Shown here piece after piece: positions 12,682 to 23,118 of a stretch of DNA of 48,033 nucleotides. The notes beneath the pieces were generated by a model. The model worked only from the letters and a program-made list of their open reading frames with translations, did not search any database and was not told the origin of the DNA. The DNA is from an uncultured Woeseia sp. GTDB lineage: Bacteria; Pseudomonadota; Gammaproteobacteria; Steroidobacterales; UBA11654. The stretch is from the NCBI GenBank assembly GCA_964629335.1, contig CAZVRH010000006.1:1-48033 (forward strand), read 5' to 3'. Positions within the stretch are counted from its first letter, which is position 1. Each line of letters opens with the position of its first letter. The translations under genes were made by a program, and so were the position numbers.

Positions 12682-15127
12682 AAATAAATATAACCCAAGG
12701 GAAATAGAAACCGAGGCTCAGAAATTTTGGGAAGAAAACAAAATTTTTGAAGTTTCTGAAGATCCTAATAAGGAAAAATTCTATTGTTTATGCATGTTTC
12801 CATACCCAAGTGGACGACTGCATATGGGTCATGTCAGAAATTACACCATTGGCGATGTTATCAGTCGATATCAAAGAATGCTTGGAAAAAATGTTCTTCA
12901 ACCTATGGGTTGGGATGCTTTTGGTTTGCCTGCTGAAGGTGCCGCAATTAAAAACAACATGCCGCCTGCACAATGGACTCGAGAGAACGTAAGTTACATG
13001 AAAAATCAGCTTAAGATCCTAGGTTTTGGCTACGATTGGACTCGAGAAATAACAACCTGTGATCCTGATTATTATCGTTGGGAGCAATGGATGTTTACTC
13101 GTCTTTTTAAAAAAGGATTAGCTTATCGAGATAAAGCACTGGTTAATTGGGATCCGGTTGAGAATACAGTGCTTGCAAACGAACAAGTTATCGATGGAAA
13201 AGGATGGAGATCTGGAGCAATAGTTGAACGAAGAGAGTTACCTCAGTGGTTTCTTAAAATTACAAATTATTGTGAAGAATTATTGTCAGGATTGGACGAT
13301 CTTGATTGGCCAGAGCAGGTAAAAGTCATGCAGCGAAACTGGATTGGTCGATCAGAGGGCGTTGAAATTGATTTTAAGGTTTCTGAGACCAATGATGTTA
13401 TTAGCGTCTATACAACCAGGCCAGATACTCTGTTTGGGGCAACATATATGGCTTTAGCACCAGAACACCCATTGGTACAGTCCGTAGCTGAAGACAATCC
13501 CAAGGTCATGGAATTTATAGACAATACAAAAGCACAGTCTGTTTCTGAGGAAGCGTTGGAGAAGATGGAAAAACTTGGTGTTCCATTGAACATTAAGGTG
13601 ATTAATCCGATTAATAATGAGCCGATACCCGTATGGACAGCTAATTTTGTTCTCATGACCTATGGAACTGGAGCCATAATGTCAGTCCCAGCTCATGATC
13701 AAAGAGATTTTGAGTTTGCAAAGAAATTTGACTTGGAGATCAAACCAGTGATTGTCCCTAAAGATAACCAGCCTCATGATTTTGACTCTTCAGCTTTTAT
13801 TGAGGAGGGGGTATTAATAGACTCAGAGGATTTTACTTCCTTGGATTCCATAGAAGCAATAACCAAAATAAGCGACACTTTAGAGAAAAAGAAATCAGGA
13901 AGAAGGGTAGTGAATTACCGACTAAGAGATTGGTTGGTATCAAGGCAAAGATACTGGGGCGCACCAATACCCATGTTGATTGATGAGGAACAGGAAATTA
14001 TTGCAGAGAAGGATCAAAATCTTCCAGTAATTTTACCTGAGGAGGTTAAATTTGATGGTGTCAAGTCACCCATAAAGTCGATGAAAACTTTCTATGAGGT
14101 CAACGGCCGTGACGGAGGCGATCTGAAAAGAGAAACCGATACATTTGATACCTTTATGGAGTCGTCTTGGTATTACGCAAGATTTTGCTCCAGTGATTCA
14201 GAGAACAAGATGCTGGATGATAGAGCCAAGTATTGGCTACCTGTTGATTTATACATTGGCGGTATTGAGCATGCTATTCTCCATTTGCTCTATGCTCGTT
14301 TTTATCATCGATTACTTCGAGATGAAGGGCTAGTTGAAGGAGATGAACCATTTAAGCGTCTTCTGACCCAAGGCATGGTGTTAAATAATGGCGCTAAAAT
14401 GTCTAAGTCCATGGGAAACACCGTTGACCCTGAAGAAATGATCAATAATTATGGTGCTGACACTGTTCGGTTATTTATGATGTTTACTGCACCGCCTGAA
14501 CAATCTCTTGAGTGGTCTGATAAAGCGATTAATGGATCCTTCAGATTTCTCAAACGACTTTGGTCAACGGTTCAGTCTAGGAAAGATCAAATAACAGGTA
14601 TTGATGATCTTAACAAAGAAGATAATTTATCAGATAAGCAAAAGGGTTTGAGAAGAAAAACCCATCATACCATAGCCAAAGTTAGTGATGATATTGGTCG
14701 GAGATACACCTTTAATACAGCCATTGCTGCTGTTATGGAGTTGGTTAATGAGTTGAATGCTTTTGATATTAAAGACGATGTAGATAAAAAGGTCGCAAAG
14801 GAAGCAATCAGAGCAGTTATTTTACTCTTGTCTCCAATAGTGCCTCATATTTGTAACAGATTATGGCTTGATCTTGGTTATGACTCATCAATTATTGATG
14901 AAAATTGGCCTACACATGAGCCTGAACTCATGGTTCAAGATACGGTTGAGATAGTGATACAGGTTAACGGAAAACTTAGATCCAAACTCAGCGTTGATCA
15001 ATCGATTGATGATCAATCACTGGAGGCATTGGTGTTGATGGATGAGAAGATAAAGAAGCACACTGACGGCAAAGAAATCAAAAAGATTATCATAGTTCCA
15101 AAAAAGTTAGTTAATATCGTTATCTAA
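12674..15127 (+). CDS. leuS: Leucine--tRNA ligase
   Basis: [19 protein letters not shown] editing motif, GGIEHA, KMSKS. Confidence 0.99.
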   Translation: MTENKYNPREIETEAQKFWEENKIFEVSEDPNKEKFYCLCMFPYPSGRLHMGHVRNYTIGDVISRYQRMLGKNVLQPMGWDAFGLPAEGAAIKNNMPPAQWTRENVSYMKNQLKILGFGYDWTREITTCDPDYYRWEQWMFTRLFKKGLAYRDKALVNWDPVENTVLANEQVIDGKGWRSGAIVERRELPQWFLKITNYCEELLSGLDDLDWPEQVKVMQRNWIGRSEGVEIDFKVSETNDVISVYTTRPDTLFGATYMALAPEHPLVQSVAEDNPKVMEFIDNTKAQSVSEEALEKMEKLGVPLNIKVINPINNEPIPVWTANFVLMTYGTGAIMSVPAHDQRDFEFAKKFDLEIKPVIVPKDNQPHDFDSSAFIEEGVLIDSEDFTSLDSIEAITKISDTLEKKKSGRRVVNYRLRDWLVSRQRYWGAPIPMLIDEEQEIIAEKDQNLPVILPEEVKFDGVKSPIKSMKTFYEVNGRDGGDLKRETDTFDTFMESSWYYARFCSSDSENKMLDDRAKYWLPVDLYIGGIEHAILHLLYARFYHRLLRDEGLVEGDEPFKRLLTQGMVLNNGAKMSKSMGNTVDPEEMINNYGADTVRLFMMFTAPPEQSLEWSDKAINGSFRFLKRLWSTVQSRKDQITGIDDLNKEDNLSDKQKGLRRKTHHTIAKVSDDIGRRYTFNTAIAAVMELVNELNAFDIKDDVDKKVAKEAIRAVILLLSPIVPHICNRLWLDLGYDSSIIDENWPTHEPELMVQDTVEIVIQVNGKLRSKLSVDQSIDDQSLEALVLMDEKIKKHTDGKEIKKIIIVPKKLVNIVI

Positions 15128-15612
15128 TGAGCATCTTCAAACAACTAGTCTGTTTAATTTGTTTTCTGTTATTGAGCGGATGTGGATTTGAACTTCAGAA
15201 CACGGGCAAGCTCAATCAGAAAATTGACTCCGTGTATATCCAGACTGCAGATCCTTATTCATCTTTCTATAGAAGCATAAAAGATGCCTTAAGGAACAAT
15301 GGGGTAATTGTTTCAGAGAAAAGAGACAGGGCTTCGTACATCTTAATCATCAAAAAAGACATTTCTAGCGACAGAATATTAAGTATTTCTGCTAATAATA
15401 CTCCCATGGAATATGAAATAGCCTACCAAGTTGAATGGTCTTTATATAAAGAGAGTGAAGAAGTAATTTCTAATACAAAACATATTGAGACACAAGATTA
15501 TAGTTTTGATCAGAACAAGTTATTGGGTAAGAGCAAAGAGGCAAAATTTTTAAGAGACTCCCTTGCATTAAGAATAAGTAATGGTGTTTTATCAAAGTTA
15601 GGAACTATTTAA
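15127..15612 (+). CDS. lptE: LPS assembly lipoprotein LptE
   Basis: Lipobox LSGC followed by GFEL; directly after leuS. Confidence 0.88.
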   Translation: MSIFKQLVCLICFLLLSGCGFELQNTGKLNQKIDSVYIQTADPYSSFYRSIKDALRNNGVIVSEKRDRASYILIIKKDISSDRILSISANNTPMEYEIAYQVEWSLYKESEEVISNTKHIETQDYSFDQNKLLGKSKEAKFLRDSLALRISNGVLSKLGTI

Positions 15613-15614
15613 TT

Positions 15615-16193
15615 ATGGCTACACTTCATTTTACATATTCAACCATGAACGCCGGTAAATCCACTGCACTTTTACAAGCCAATCATGGCTACAAGGAACG
15701 AGGCATGAATACCATGATCTTCACTTCCTCAAAAGACGATCGTTATGGAGATTCTGAGATTGTTTCTCGAATTGGCCTAAGAGCTGAAGCTGAAACCTTT
15801 TCAGAAACAGATAATTTATTTGAAGCGGTTAAAGCACATCATGCAAAGCAAACTTTAAATTGTGTTTTAATCGATGAGGCTCAATTCCTGACTAAGAATC
15901 AGGTTATTGAACTTGGACAGATCGTCGATCAGCTAAAGATTACTGTGATGGCATACGGGATTAGGACGGATTTTCAAGGGGAATTATTTGATGGAAGCAA
16001 ATACCTTTTAGCTTGGGCAGATCGATTGAAAGAATTAAGAGCTGTTTGTCACTGTGGAAAGAAAGCAACCATGATTGTAAGAGTCAATGATGACGGTGAG
16101 ATACTTCGAGAGGGTGAGCAAATTGATATTGGCGGTAATGAGAAATATCTCTCTTTATGCAGAAAGCATTTTTACTCTGGAGAGATTGAATAG
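15615..16193 (+). CDS. tdk: Thymidine kinase
   Basis: MNAGKST, DEAQF, YGIRTDF, CHCG and LCRKH Zn ligands. Confidence 0.97.
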   Translation: MATLHFTYSTMNAGKSTALLQANHGYKERGMNTMIFTSSKDDRYGDSEIVSRIGLRAEAETFSETDNLFEAVKAHHAKQTLNCVLIDEAQFLTKNQVIELGQIVDQLKITVMAYGIRTDFQGELFDGSKYLLAWADRLKELRAVCHCGKKATMIVRVNDDGEILREGEQIDIGGNEKYLSLCRKHFYSGEIE

Positions 16194-16202
16194 GAGGAAG
16201 AT

Positions 16203-16580
16203 ATGATTGCAAGAATATTATCGGGCATAGTAGGTGCCTTAATGCTAATGAATTGTTTATGGTGGATACTGGATCCAGCCACTGCAGCTAAAGAAATGGC
16301 AATGCCATTGCTTGTCGGTCTAGAATCAAATAGCCAGATAGGAGATTTTACCGCTTTCTTTTTTACCGCAGGACTATTTGCTTCTATCGGTGCTTATCGG
16401 GCAGAACATATCTGGCTTTATCCAACCATATCATTGATTGGCTCAGCGGCAATTTTTAGGCTATACGCAGTCTTAGCTCATGACTCAGAACCTTTAGTGG
16501 CAACCATAATTTTTGAAATCATTGTCTCAGCAATTCTGATGTTTTGTGTAATCTTAATGAAAAAGGAAAAAGTGAATTAA
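16203..16580 (+). CDS. Small four-TM membrane protein (DUF4345-like, tentative)
   Basis: Four hydrophobic segments; AGGAGG Shine-Dalgarno; coupled to tdk. Confidence 0.7.
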   Translation: MIARILSGIVGALMLMNCLWWILDPATAAKEMAMPLLVGLESNSQIGDFTAFFFTAGLFASIGAYRAEHIWLYPTISLIGSAAIFRLYAVLAHDSEPLVATIIFEIIVSAILMFCVILMKKEKVN

Positions 16581-17830
16581 GAGATCACGCCAACCACTAA
16601 TCCAGTAAAACAAGAAGCTAATGTGGCTCCAATTAGAGCCTTACCACTGACTGCTATCAGATCATCTTTTCTTTCAGGAATCATTGTTCCAATACCGCTA
16701 AGTAATATCCCAACACTGGATAAGTTGGCAAACCCACATAATCCATAAAGCATGATAAGGCGACTTTTTTCTGAGAGTTGACTGGCATCAATGGCGGCTA
16801 AATTAACGTATGCCACAAATTCATTTAGAATTGTTTTTACCCCTAACAAAGACCCAGCTAACTGAGCTTCTGCCCATGAGACGCCCATACACCAGGCAAT
16901 GGGAGCAAAGATCCAACCAGCAATTCTTTCCAGGGTAATAGCTTCACCGCCAACAAAAGGTAGTGCTGCTAGGCCAAAATTAACCAGAGTAACCAGTGCT
17001 ATCAAGACCAGTAAAAGAGCTGCAATATTTAACGTAATATTTAACCCATCTTGTGTGCCCCGTGTTAAAGCATCCATGGTGCTTTTATAGAGACTGGATT
17101 CTTCAATTTGACTCTGGTCTTCAGTTTTTTGATTACTCGGCATCATAATGTTTGCATACATGATTGCTGCTGGCACCGAAATAATTGAAGCCGTCAGAAA
17201 GTGCCCAATCAATGAAGTCCCATAAAGATCATTGAGCATCGTGGTATAGACCACCATGACCCCCCCTGAGATGGTCGACATACCTACAGTCATCAGTGTG
17301 AGCAACTCATGTCTCGACATTTGTTTGAGGTATGGTTTAATCAACAAGGGCGCTTCAACTTGTCCAAAAATAATGTTTGCTGTGGCACTTAGACCAACTG
17401 GGCCTCCCACATTTAAAGGTTTTTTGAAAAGACTAGAAATCAACTTGATAACAATTGGTAGTACTCGCCAATGCCAGAAAATTGCTGACAAGGCTGAGAC
17501 TACAATAATGAGCATCAGTCCTGAGAATATAAATATATTTGCGCTAGCAGGGTTTATAACTTCAAATGGCTTGGGAGCACCGTCAGCCAGATAACCAAAG
17601 ACAAAACCTGTTCCTTGATCTGTAGCTGATTTTAATGCTAAAACACCTTGAGATAGCGATTCAAAAAATGAGGTGACCGGAGGAACTTTAATCAAGAGAA
17701 CTGCCAGTAAAAATTGCAAAACAATAGCGTTAGCTAGATAAAACAAATTAATTTTCTTCATGTTTGATGAGAATAGTACACCTAAAACGATAAGAATGAA
17801 TCCGCCTAAAATTGTTTGTGTGTAGTCCAT
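16577..17830 (-). CDS. Concentrative nucleoside transporter (CNT/NupC family)
   Basis: GQVEAPL, NEFVAY, LCGFANLSS motifs of the CNT family. Confidence 0.93.
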   Translation of the reverse strand: MDYTQTILGGFILIVLGVLFSSNMKKINLFYLANAIVLQFLLAVLLIKVPPVTSFFESLSQGVLALKSATDQGTGFVFGYLADGAPKPFEVINPASANIFIFSGLMLIIVVSALSAIFWHWRVLPIVIKLISSLFKKPLNVGGPVGLSATANIIFGQVEAPLLIKPYLKQMSRHELLTLMTVGMSTISGGVMVVYTTMLNDLYGTSLIGHFLTASIISVPAAIMYANIMMPSNQKTEDQSQIEESSLYKSTMDALTRGTQDGLNITLNIAALLLVLIALVTLVNFGLAALPFVGGEAITLERIAGWIFAPIAWCMGVSWAEAQLAGSLLGVKTILNEFVAYVNLAAIDASQLSEKSRLIMLYGLCGFANLSSVGILLSGIGTMIPERKDDLIAVSGKALIGATLASCFTGLVVGVIS

Positions 17831-17843
17831 GCTGTTATTAAGT

Positions 17844-18770
17844 TTACAATAGTTTTATTTCATATAGTCGTTGTTGAAGAAAATCATCTGCCATAATGCC
17901 TTGTGGATAGAGGTCTGGGTGTTCCTCATCAATGCAGGATGGCAAAGTTTCAATGAACCAATCAGGATTGGGGTGTAAAAAGAAGGGAATGGAATAACGG
18001 GATGAACCTTTAACCGCATCTGAAGGAGTTGTGACTCGATGCAACACAGAGGGCAGCCGATTATTTGTGAACCTCTCTAGCATATCTCCTACATTACAGA
18101 CTACTGTACTCTGAGGAGTGTCTATTGGGTGCCATTTATTTTGGACAAAAATTTCTAGCCCCGGTTTATTTCCCCCAATGAGAAGAGTAATGAGGTTAAT
18201 GTCACCATGAGCGCCAGATCTTTCTCCTATGTCCTGATCCACGGGAGGATAATGTATTGTTCTGAGTACACTGTTGCCTTCATTAATATGTGATTCAAAA
18301 TAGTTATTCTCAAGCTCTAAATATATCGCTATAGCTTCCATCAGTTGCTGCCCGAAACTATCAAAAGCATGAAAAAGTTCAGTAATTATTTTTTTGAATT
18401 CCGGAACTTCTTCAGCAACTATGTTTTCAAACATAAATTTTGTGTACGGATGATTTTCCGGTAGATTTCTACCTGTTTGCCAGAACTCTTTTAAATCTGC
18501 ATGTTTGCCACCTTTTGGCGTTTCGATTCTGTAGGGTGTATAACCTCTTGCCCCACCAATAGCTTTGATGAAGTATTTCATTTTAATCTCTTGAGACAAT
18601 GCAAAAAATTCTTCAAACATTTTTATTGAATCACTTACCATTTTTTGTGGTATTGGGTGATCTTCTATCCCACAAAATCCAGTAGTTTTATGGTTTTTAC
18701 CCAATTGATTGGCAAAGGCTTCCGGGTCCTTATCCCAGAGTTCATAACTGATTGTATCTACTATGCTCAT
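17844..18770 (-). CDS. 2-oxoglutarate/Fe(II) oxygenase, isopenicillin N synthase family
   Basis: RGY, LR..HYPP, HGD...HRV facial triad, RYS 2OG-binding motif. Confidence 0.92.
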   Translation of the reverse strand: MSIVDTISYELWDKDPEAFANQLGKNHKTTGFCGIEDHPIPQKMVSDSIKMFEEFFALSQEIKMKYFIKAIGGARGYTPYRIETPKGGKHADLKEFWQTGRNLPENHPYTKFMFENIVAEEVPEFKKIITELFHAFDSFGQQLMEAIAIYLELENNYFESHINEGNSVLRTIHYPPVDQDIGERSGAHGDINLITLLIGGNKPGLEIFVQNKWHPIDTPQSTVVCNVGDMLERFTNNRLPSVLHRVTTPSDAVKGSSRYSIPFFLHPNPDWFIETLPSCIDEEHPDLYPQGIMADDFLQQRLYEIKLL

Positions 18771-18918
18771 TTATAATTTAGATACTAACTCAAATCCTTT
18801 CCCAAATTATTATATGGTTGTTCTTGAAGAAAAAATGTCTTTTGTATTCAACATGAACTTCAGAATCTTATTTAAACATTAGGTATTATAACTTTCATAA
18901 ATGCAATAAAAACAATTA

Positions 18919-20286
18919 ATGGATATCAAACTTTACAATACATTAACTGGGAAGAAACAGAATTTTAAACCGATTCACCTTAATCAGGTGAATATGTATG
19001 TGTGCGGTCCTACTGTTTACAGTCATCCACATATTGGAAACGCAAGAGGGCCGGTAATTTTTGATATTCTCGCAGACCTTCTAAGAAGAAACTACAACTT
19101 AAGATACGTTAGAAATATCACAGATCTTGATGACAAAATTTACGATGCAGCTAAGGAAGAAGAAACTAAAGTTTCTGTAATTACAGACCGCTACACAAAA
19201 ATATACCATGAGGATATTTTGGCTCTCGGTGTCAGGGATCCAGATGTTGAGCCTAGGGCAACTGATCATATTGATGAAATGATTGAGATGATAAAAGATT
19301 TAATAGAAAAAGGTCACGCTTATGAAAACCAGAAACATGTGTTATTCAATGTCGAGTCATACAAAGATTACGGTATTCTATCTAATAGACAAGAAGATGA
19401 TCAGATAGCAGGCTCAAGAATTGAGGTAGCTAAATACAAGAACAATCCTAGAGATTTTGTTTTATGGAAACCTTCGACTCCAGATTTGCCTGGCTGGGAG
19501 AGTCCTTGGGGGGTTGGTAGACCCGGCTGGCATCTTGAATGTTCAACCATGGCAAAGAAATATCTAGGAGAAACTTTAGATATTCATGGAGGCGGTTCTG
19601 ATTTAATTTTCCCTCATCATGAAAATGAATGTGCTCAAAGCATATGTTCCCATGGCGGCAAAGCCTTTGCTAATTATTGGGTGCATCACGGAATGATTGA
19701 TTTTAAAAACACGAAAATGTCGAAATCCGAAGGCAACTTGTTATTAATTAGAGATCTACTCAACGATACTCCAGGGGAGGTAATCAGGATGGCTCTCATC
19801 AGCACACATTATAGAAAACCTATAAATTGGTCTGAAGCCTTAGTTGAGGATTCTAAGAAGAAATTAGACCGTCTGTATGGAGCAATTAGACAAGTCAATA
19901 ATTTAAGAGAGATCGAGCCATCAGACAAAGTGTTGAAGGCGCTAACTGATGATTTAAATACACCTAAAGCTCTTAGCGAGTTATTTGATATTGTTAAGAT
20001 CATTAATCGCAGCAAAGATGAGGGTGAAAGAATTGAGCAAGCATCAATTTTAGTGTCGTCGGCTTCGCTTCTAGGGCTACTTAAAACAGATGCAGATCAC
20101 TGGTTTAGAAATGCATCTAATCAGAAACTTAAAATCTCTGAAATTGAACTAATGATCCAAGAAAGAGAACAAGCAAGGCAAACCAATGATTTTGCAAGGG
20201 CTGATAAAATCAGGAACGACCTTTTAGAACAAGGGGTGATTATTGAGGACGGTCCAGAAGGACCTGTGTGGAGATATGATAACTAG
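18919..20286 (+). CDS. cysS: Cysteine--tRNA ligase
   Basis: CGPTVY...HIGN, GRPGWHLEC, FPHHENE, KMSKS. Confidence 0.99.
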   Translation: MDIKLYNTLTGKKQNFKPIHLNQVNMYVCGPTVYSHPHIGNARGPVIFDILADLLRRNYNLRYVRNITDLDDKIYDAAKEEETKVSVITDRYTKIYHEDILALGVRDPDVEPRATDHIDEMIEMIKDLIEKGHAYENQKHVLFNVESYKDYGILSNRQEDDQIAGSRIEVAKYKNNPRDFVLWKPSTPDLPGWESPWGVGRPGWHLECSTMAKKYLGETLDIHGGGSDLIFPHHENECAQSICSHGGKAFANYWVHHGMIDFKNTKMSKSEGNLLLIRDLLNDTPGEVIRMALISTHYRKPINWSEALVEDSKKKLDRLYGAIRQVNNLREIEPSDKVLKALTDDLNTPKALSELFDIVKIINRSKDEGERIEQASILVSSASLLGLLKTDADHWFRNASNQKLKISEIELMIQEREQARQTNDFARADKIRNDLLEQGVIIEDGPEGPVWRYDN

Positions 20287-20307
20287 ATATATTGGGTTAA
20301 CTAAAGA

Positions 20308-20721
20308 TTGAACTCAATAACAGACATAGAGAAGTCAATCTCAGAAGAATTTGAGATGTTTGATACTTGGATGGAGAAATATGAGTATATTATTGATTTG
20401 GGTAAACAACTGGACAGTTTTCCTGAAGATTGGAAGGTAGAGGGGAATCTGGTTCATGGATGCCAATCCAAAGTTTGGTTTAAGACTGCTCATAAAGAAG
20501 GTTTGTTTGTTTGTCATGCCATCAGTGATTCAGCTATTGTTTCAGGATTAATTGCATTACTGTTAAGAATTTATAATGATAAAACACCAATAGATATAGT
20601 TCAGGCGGAGCCAAGATTTATTGGGATGATAGGACTAAATGAACACCTTAGTCCAACTCGTAATAATGGGTTGAATGTTATGATTCAGAGAATCAAACAA
20701 GACGCTGCATCAATGCTTTAA
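20308..20721 (+). CDS. sufE: SufE-family sulfur acceptor
   Basis: GCQS.VW, SDSAIVSGL, LSPTR.NGL motifs. Confidence 0.93.
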   Translation: MNSITDIEKSISEEFEMFDTWMEKYEYIIDLGKQLDSFPEDWKVEGNLVHGCQSKVWFKTAHKEGLFVCHAISDSAIVSGLIALLLRIYNDKTPIDIVQAEPRFIGMIGLNEHLSPTRNNGLNVMIQRIKQDAASML

Positions 20722-20744
20722 TCATTAAAGATATATAGGAATAA

Positions 20745-20984
20745 TTGTTGATGAGATTTTTGATACGTTTATATCGTAATTATATTTCACCCTTGTTTAA
20801 ACCTAGTTGTAGATTCCAACCAACCTGCTCAGAATATGCTCTTCAAAGCATAGAGCGTTTTGGCTCTATAAAGGGTTCGTACCTTATGATCTTGAGGATT
20901 GCAAGATGCAACCCTTTGTTTAAATCTGGTTACGACCCAGTCCCAGAAGAGTTTAATTTATTTCATAAGCCAAAAGGCCTCTAA
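20745..20984 (+). CDS. yidD: Membrane protein insertion efficiency factor YidD
   Basis: ISP...[12 protein letters not shown]...RCNP...GYDPVP; ATG at 20751 is an alternative start. Confidence 0.95.
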   Translation: MLMRFLIRLYRNYISPLFKPSCRFQPTCSEYALQSIERFGSIKGSYLMILRIARCNPLFKSGYDPVPEEFNLFHKPKGL

Positions 20985-21248
20985 TTGATGAAAGCTGAAT
21001 TTATCGAACTACTTCGTTGTCCAAATACTGGGGAGGAATTAAAATTGTTTGTATTAAGGAACGCTATCCATGAGGATCAAGAGGTCGCTGATAAAGGTCT
21101 CCAAAGTATAAAAAAATATTGCTTAAATAATGATTGTTCCAAGGTTTTATACAATACCAGTTTTAGTTTCATCTACCCGGTCATTAATGAAACCCCATTG
21201 CTGGACCCATCCAAAGCCTATTCCATAAGAGATAATTCATGCGACTAG
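20985..21248 (+). CDS. Trm112-like protein (long form)
   Basis: LLRCP.T...L at N-terminus and YPV....P.L....A at C-terminus. Confidence 0.65.
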   Translation: MMKAEFIELLRCPNTGEELKLFVLRNAIHEDQEVADKGLQSIKKYCLNNDCSKVLYNTSFSFIYPVINETPLLDPSKAYSIRDNSCD

Positions 21249-22255
21249 ATAATGAAGAATTAGATGGGCATCTGAAGACGGGGTTAGATCTAGTTTACTT
21301 CGTTCACGGTGCTGAGGATTTATTGCTAATCGAGAGTTTAGATAAGCTTCGAGCGGTGGCTTATGAAAACGGTTTTGAGGATAAATCTAGATTTACAGTC
21401 AGCGGTCGATTTAATTGGGATCATGTGTTCAGCGATTTAAAAACACAATCATTGTTTGCGGAGAAAAAGTTAATTGAAATACACATACCTAGCTCCAGAC
21501 CCGGGAAACAAGGATCCGATGCTTTGATCAAACTTTTAGATGAACTGTCTAATGATCAGCTTTTAATCATTGTTTGCGGGAAATTAGAAAAAGATATACA
21601 ACGAACTAAATGGGTTAAGAGTTTAAGTAAAAGAGCAGTCAACATTGAGTGTAAGAAGGTATATTCATCTCAAATGCCAGCTTGGATTAAATTGAGATTA
21701 AGAGATAAAGGGTTATCAATTAGTCAAGAAGCATTAGACATGTTTGTGGCACTTACAGAGGGAAACCTTTTTGTTGCTATGCAATCTATTGACAGGTTAG
21801 GACTAATGGAAGTTAAGAACGAAGTGAGCATGCATGATATTAATGATTGTGTAGCAGATGGTGCACACTTCGATCTGTTTCAACTCACTGATGCAGCAAT
21901 TATGAGAAAGCCTGCCCGAGTGCTAAGAATTTTTAACCGATTGCAAAAGGAAGGCACGCAGCCATTTGAATTAATGAGAGTTGTCAATTGGGAGATCAAG
22001 AATCTCAGTGAGTTAATGGTGGATATTGGTGATGGTATTTCAATTAACAAGGCAATGCAAAAAGCTAAAATCTGGCCCAGTAAACAAAAAATTATAAGTG
22101 CTTTCTTACGGTCAATAAATTCAAGTCAGATGAATGATATTCTTGAACAAGCGTGCAAGGTAGACAAAGTTATTAAAGGAATTAACAAGGGTAATCCTTG
22201 GGATGAGATTGGACAATTACTGTTCATGTTTACCTCAAAAGGAACTAGTCAATGA
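21239..22255 (+). CDS. holA: DNA polymerase III subunit delta
   Basis: VY.V.G.E.LL, SLFAEKKLIE, EGNL, F.L.DA, D..IKG; 338 aa. Confidence 0.93.
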   Translation: MRLDNEELDGHLKTGLDLVYFVHGAEDLLLIESLDKLRAVAYENGFEDKSRFTVSGRFNWDHVFSDLKTQSLFAEKKLIEIHIPSSRPGKQGSDALIKLLDELSNDQLLIIVCGKLEKDIQRTKWVKSLSKRAVNIECKKVYSSQMPAWIKLRLRDKGLSISQEALDMFVALTEGNLFVAMQSIDRLGLMEVKNEVSMHDINDCVADGAHFDLFQLTDAAIMRKPARVLRIFNRLQKEGTQPFELMRVVNWEIKNLSELMVDIGDGISINKAMQKAKIWPSKQKIISAFLRSINSSQMNDILEQACKVDKVIKGINKGNPWDEIGQLLFMFTSKGTSQ

Positions 22256-22590
22256 ACCAGAAAGAGCTTTTGGATTTGTCTTTGCTGGTGCTCGAGGACA
22301 TGAAAGCAAAAACTATTAATAGCATTAACGTTAGTGAGCTAACTTCAATTAGCGACTATATGATCTTTTGCACAGGGACATCCAGTCGACATGCGCGCTC
22401 AATCATTGATAAATTAAGGGAAGAGGCCAAGGAGCATGAGCACCAAGTATTAGGTATGGAGGGATATGATTCGGGTCAATGGATCCTGATTGACTTAGGG
22501 GTTGTTATCGTGCATGTAATGCTTGATGAAATAAGATCATTTTATAAATTAGATGATCTATGGAGCGTTGGAACAAGTGATAATTCATGA
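22252..22590 (+). CDS. rsfS: Ribosome silencing factor
   Basis: D.KA, TG.S.RH, WILIDLG.VIVHVM...R.FY.L..LW. Confidence 0.95.
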   Translation: MNQKELLDLSLLVLEDMKAKTINSINVSELTSISDYMIFCTGTSSRHARSIIDKLREEAKEHEHQVLGMEGYDSGQWILIDLGVVIVHVMLDEIRSFYKLDDLWSVGTSDNS

Positions 22591-23054
22591 ACATTAAGAT
22601 TATTTCAATTGCCTCCAAGAAGACAGATTATGAATCCATTGTTTCAAGTTATCTTAAGAGATTCCCATCGAAAATTACTCTCCAGCATACAAAAATTCCC
22701 ATTATGAAAAGAACCAAGACAAAATCCATAGAACAAATTATTGCCGCAGAGGGTGAAAGTTTTTTAAAGCAGATTAATGATAAGGATACTTTGATAATTT
22801 TGGATCAGACGGGGAGTTTAATTTCATCTAAAGAATTGTCAATCTGGATGAAATCCTGGCTTGATAATTCAATTGACCCTATTTTTGGGATTGGAGGTCC
22901 AGACGGTTTCTCAGAATCTGTTTTAAATAGGGCAGACAAAATTCTTTCACTTTCACCCATGACTTTTCCCCACAGCCTAGTCCCTGTGATTGTTGTCGAA
23001 CAGCTATACAGGGCTTGGAGTATATTAAACCATCTGCCATATCATCGATCGTGA
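22587..23054 (+). CDS. rlmH: 23S rRNA pseudouridine-1915 methyltransferase RlmH
   Basis: IGGPDG, LSLSPMTFPH, EQLYRA, PYHR. Confidence 0.96.
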   Translation: MNIKIISIASKKTDYESIVSSYLKRFPSKITLQHTKIPIMKRTKTKSIEQIIAAEGESFLKQINDKDTLIILDQTGSLISSKELSIWMKSWLDNSIDPIFGIGGPDGFSESVLNRADKILSLSPMTFPHSLVPVIVVEQLYRAWSILNHLPYHRS

Positions 23055-23118
23055 ATTCACGATAGATTCATATTTATTGACTACACTTAGGTTTTAAAAT
23101 AGATACTATTTAATCTTA

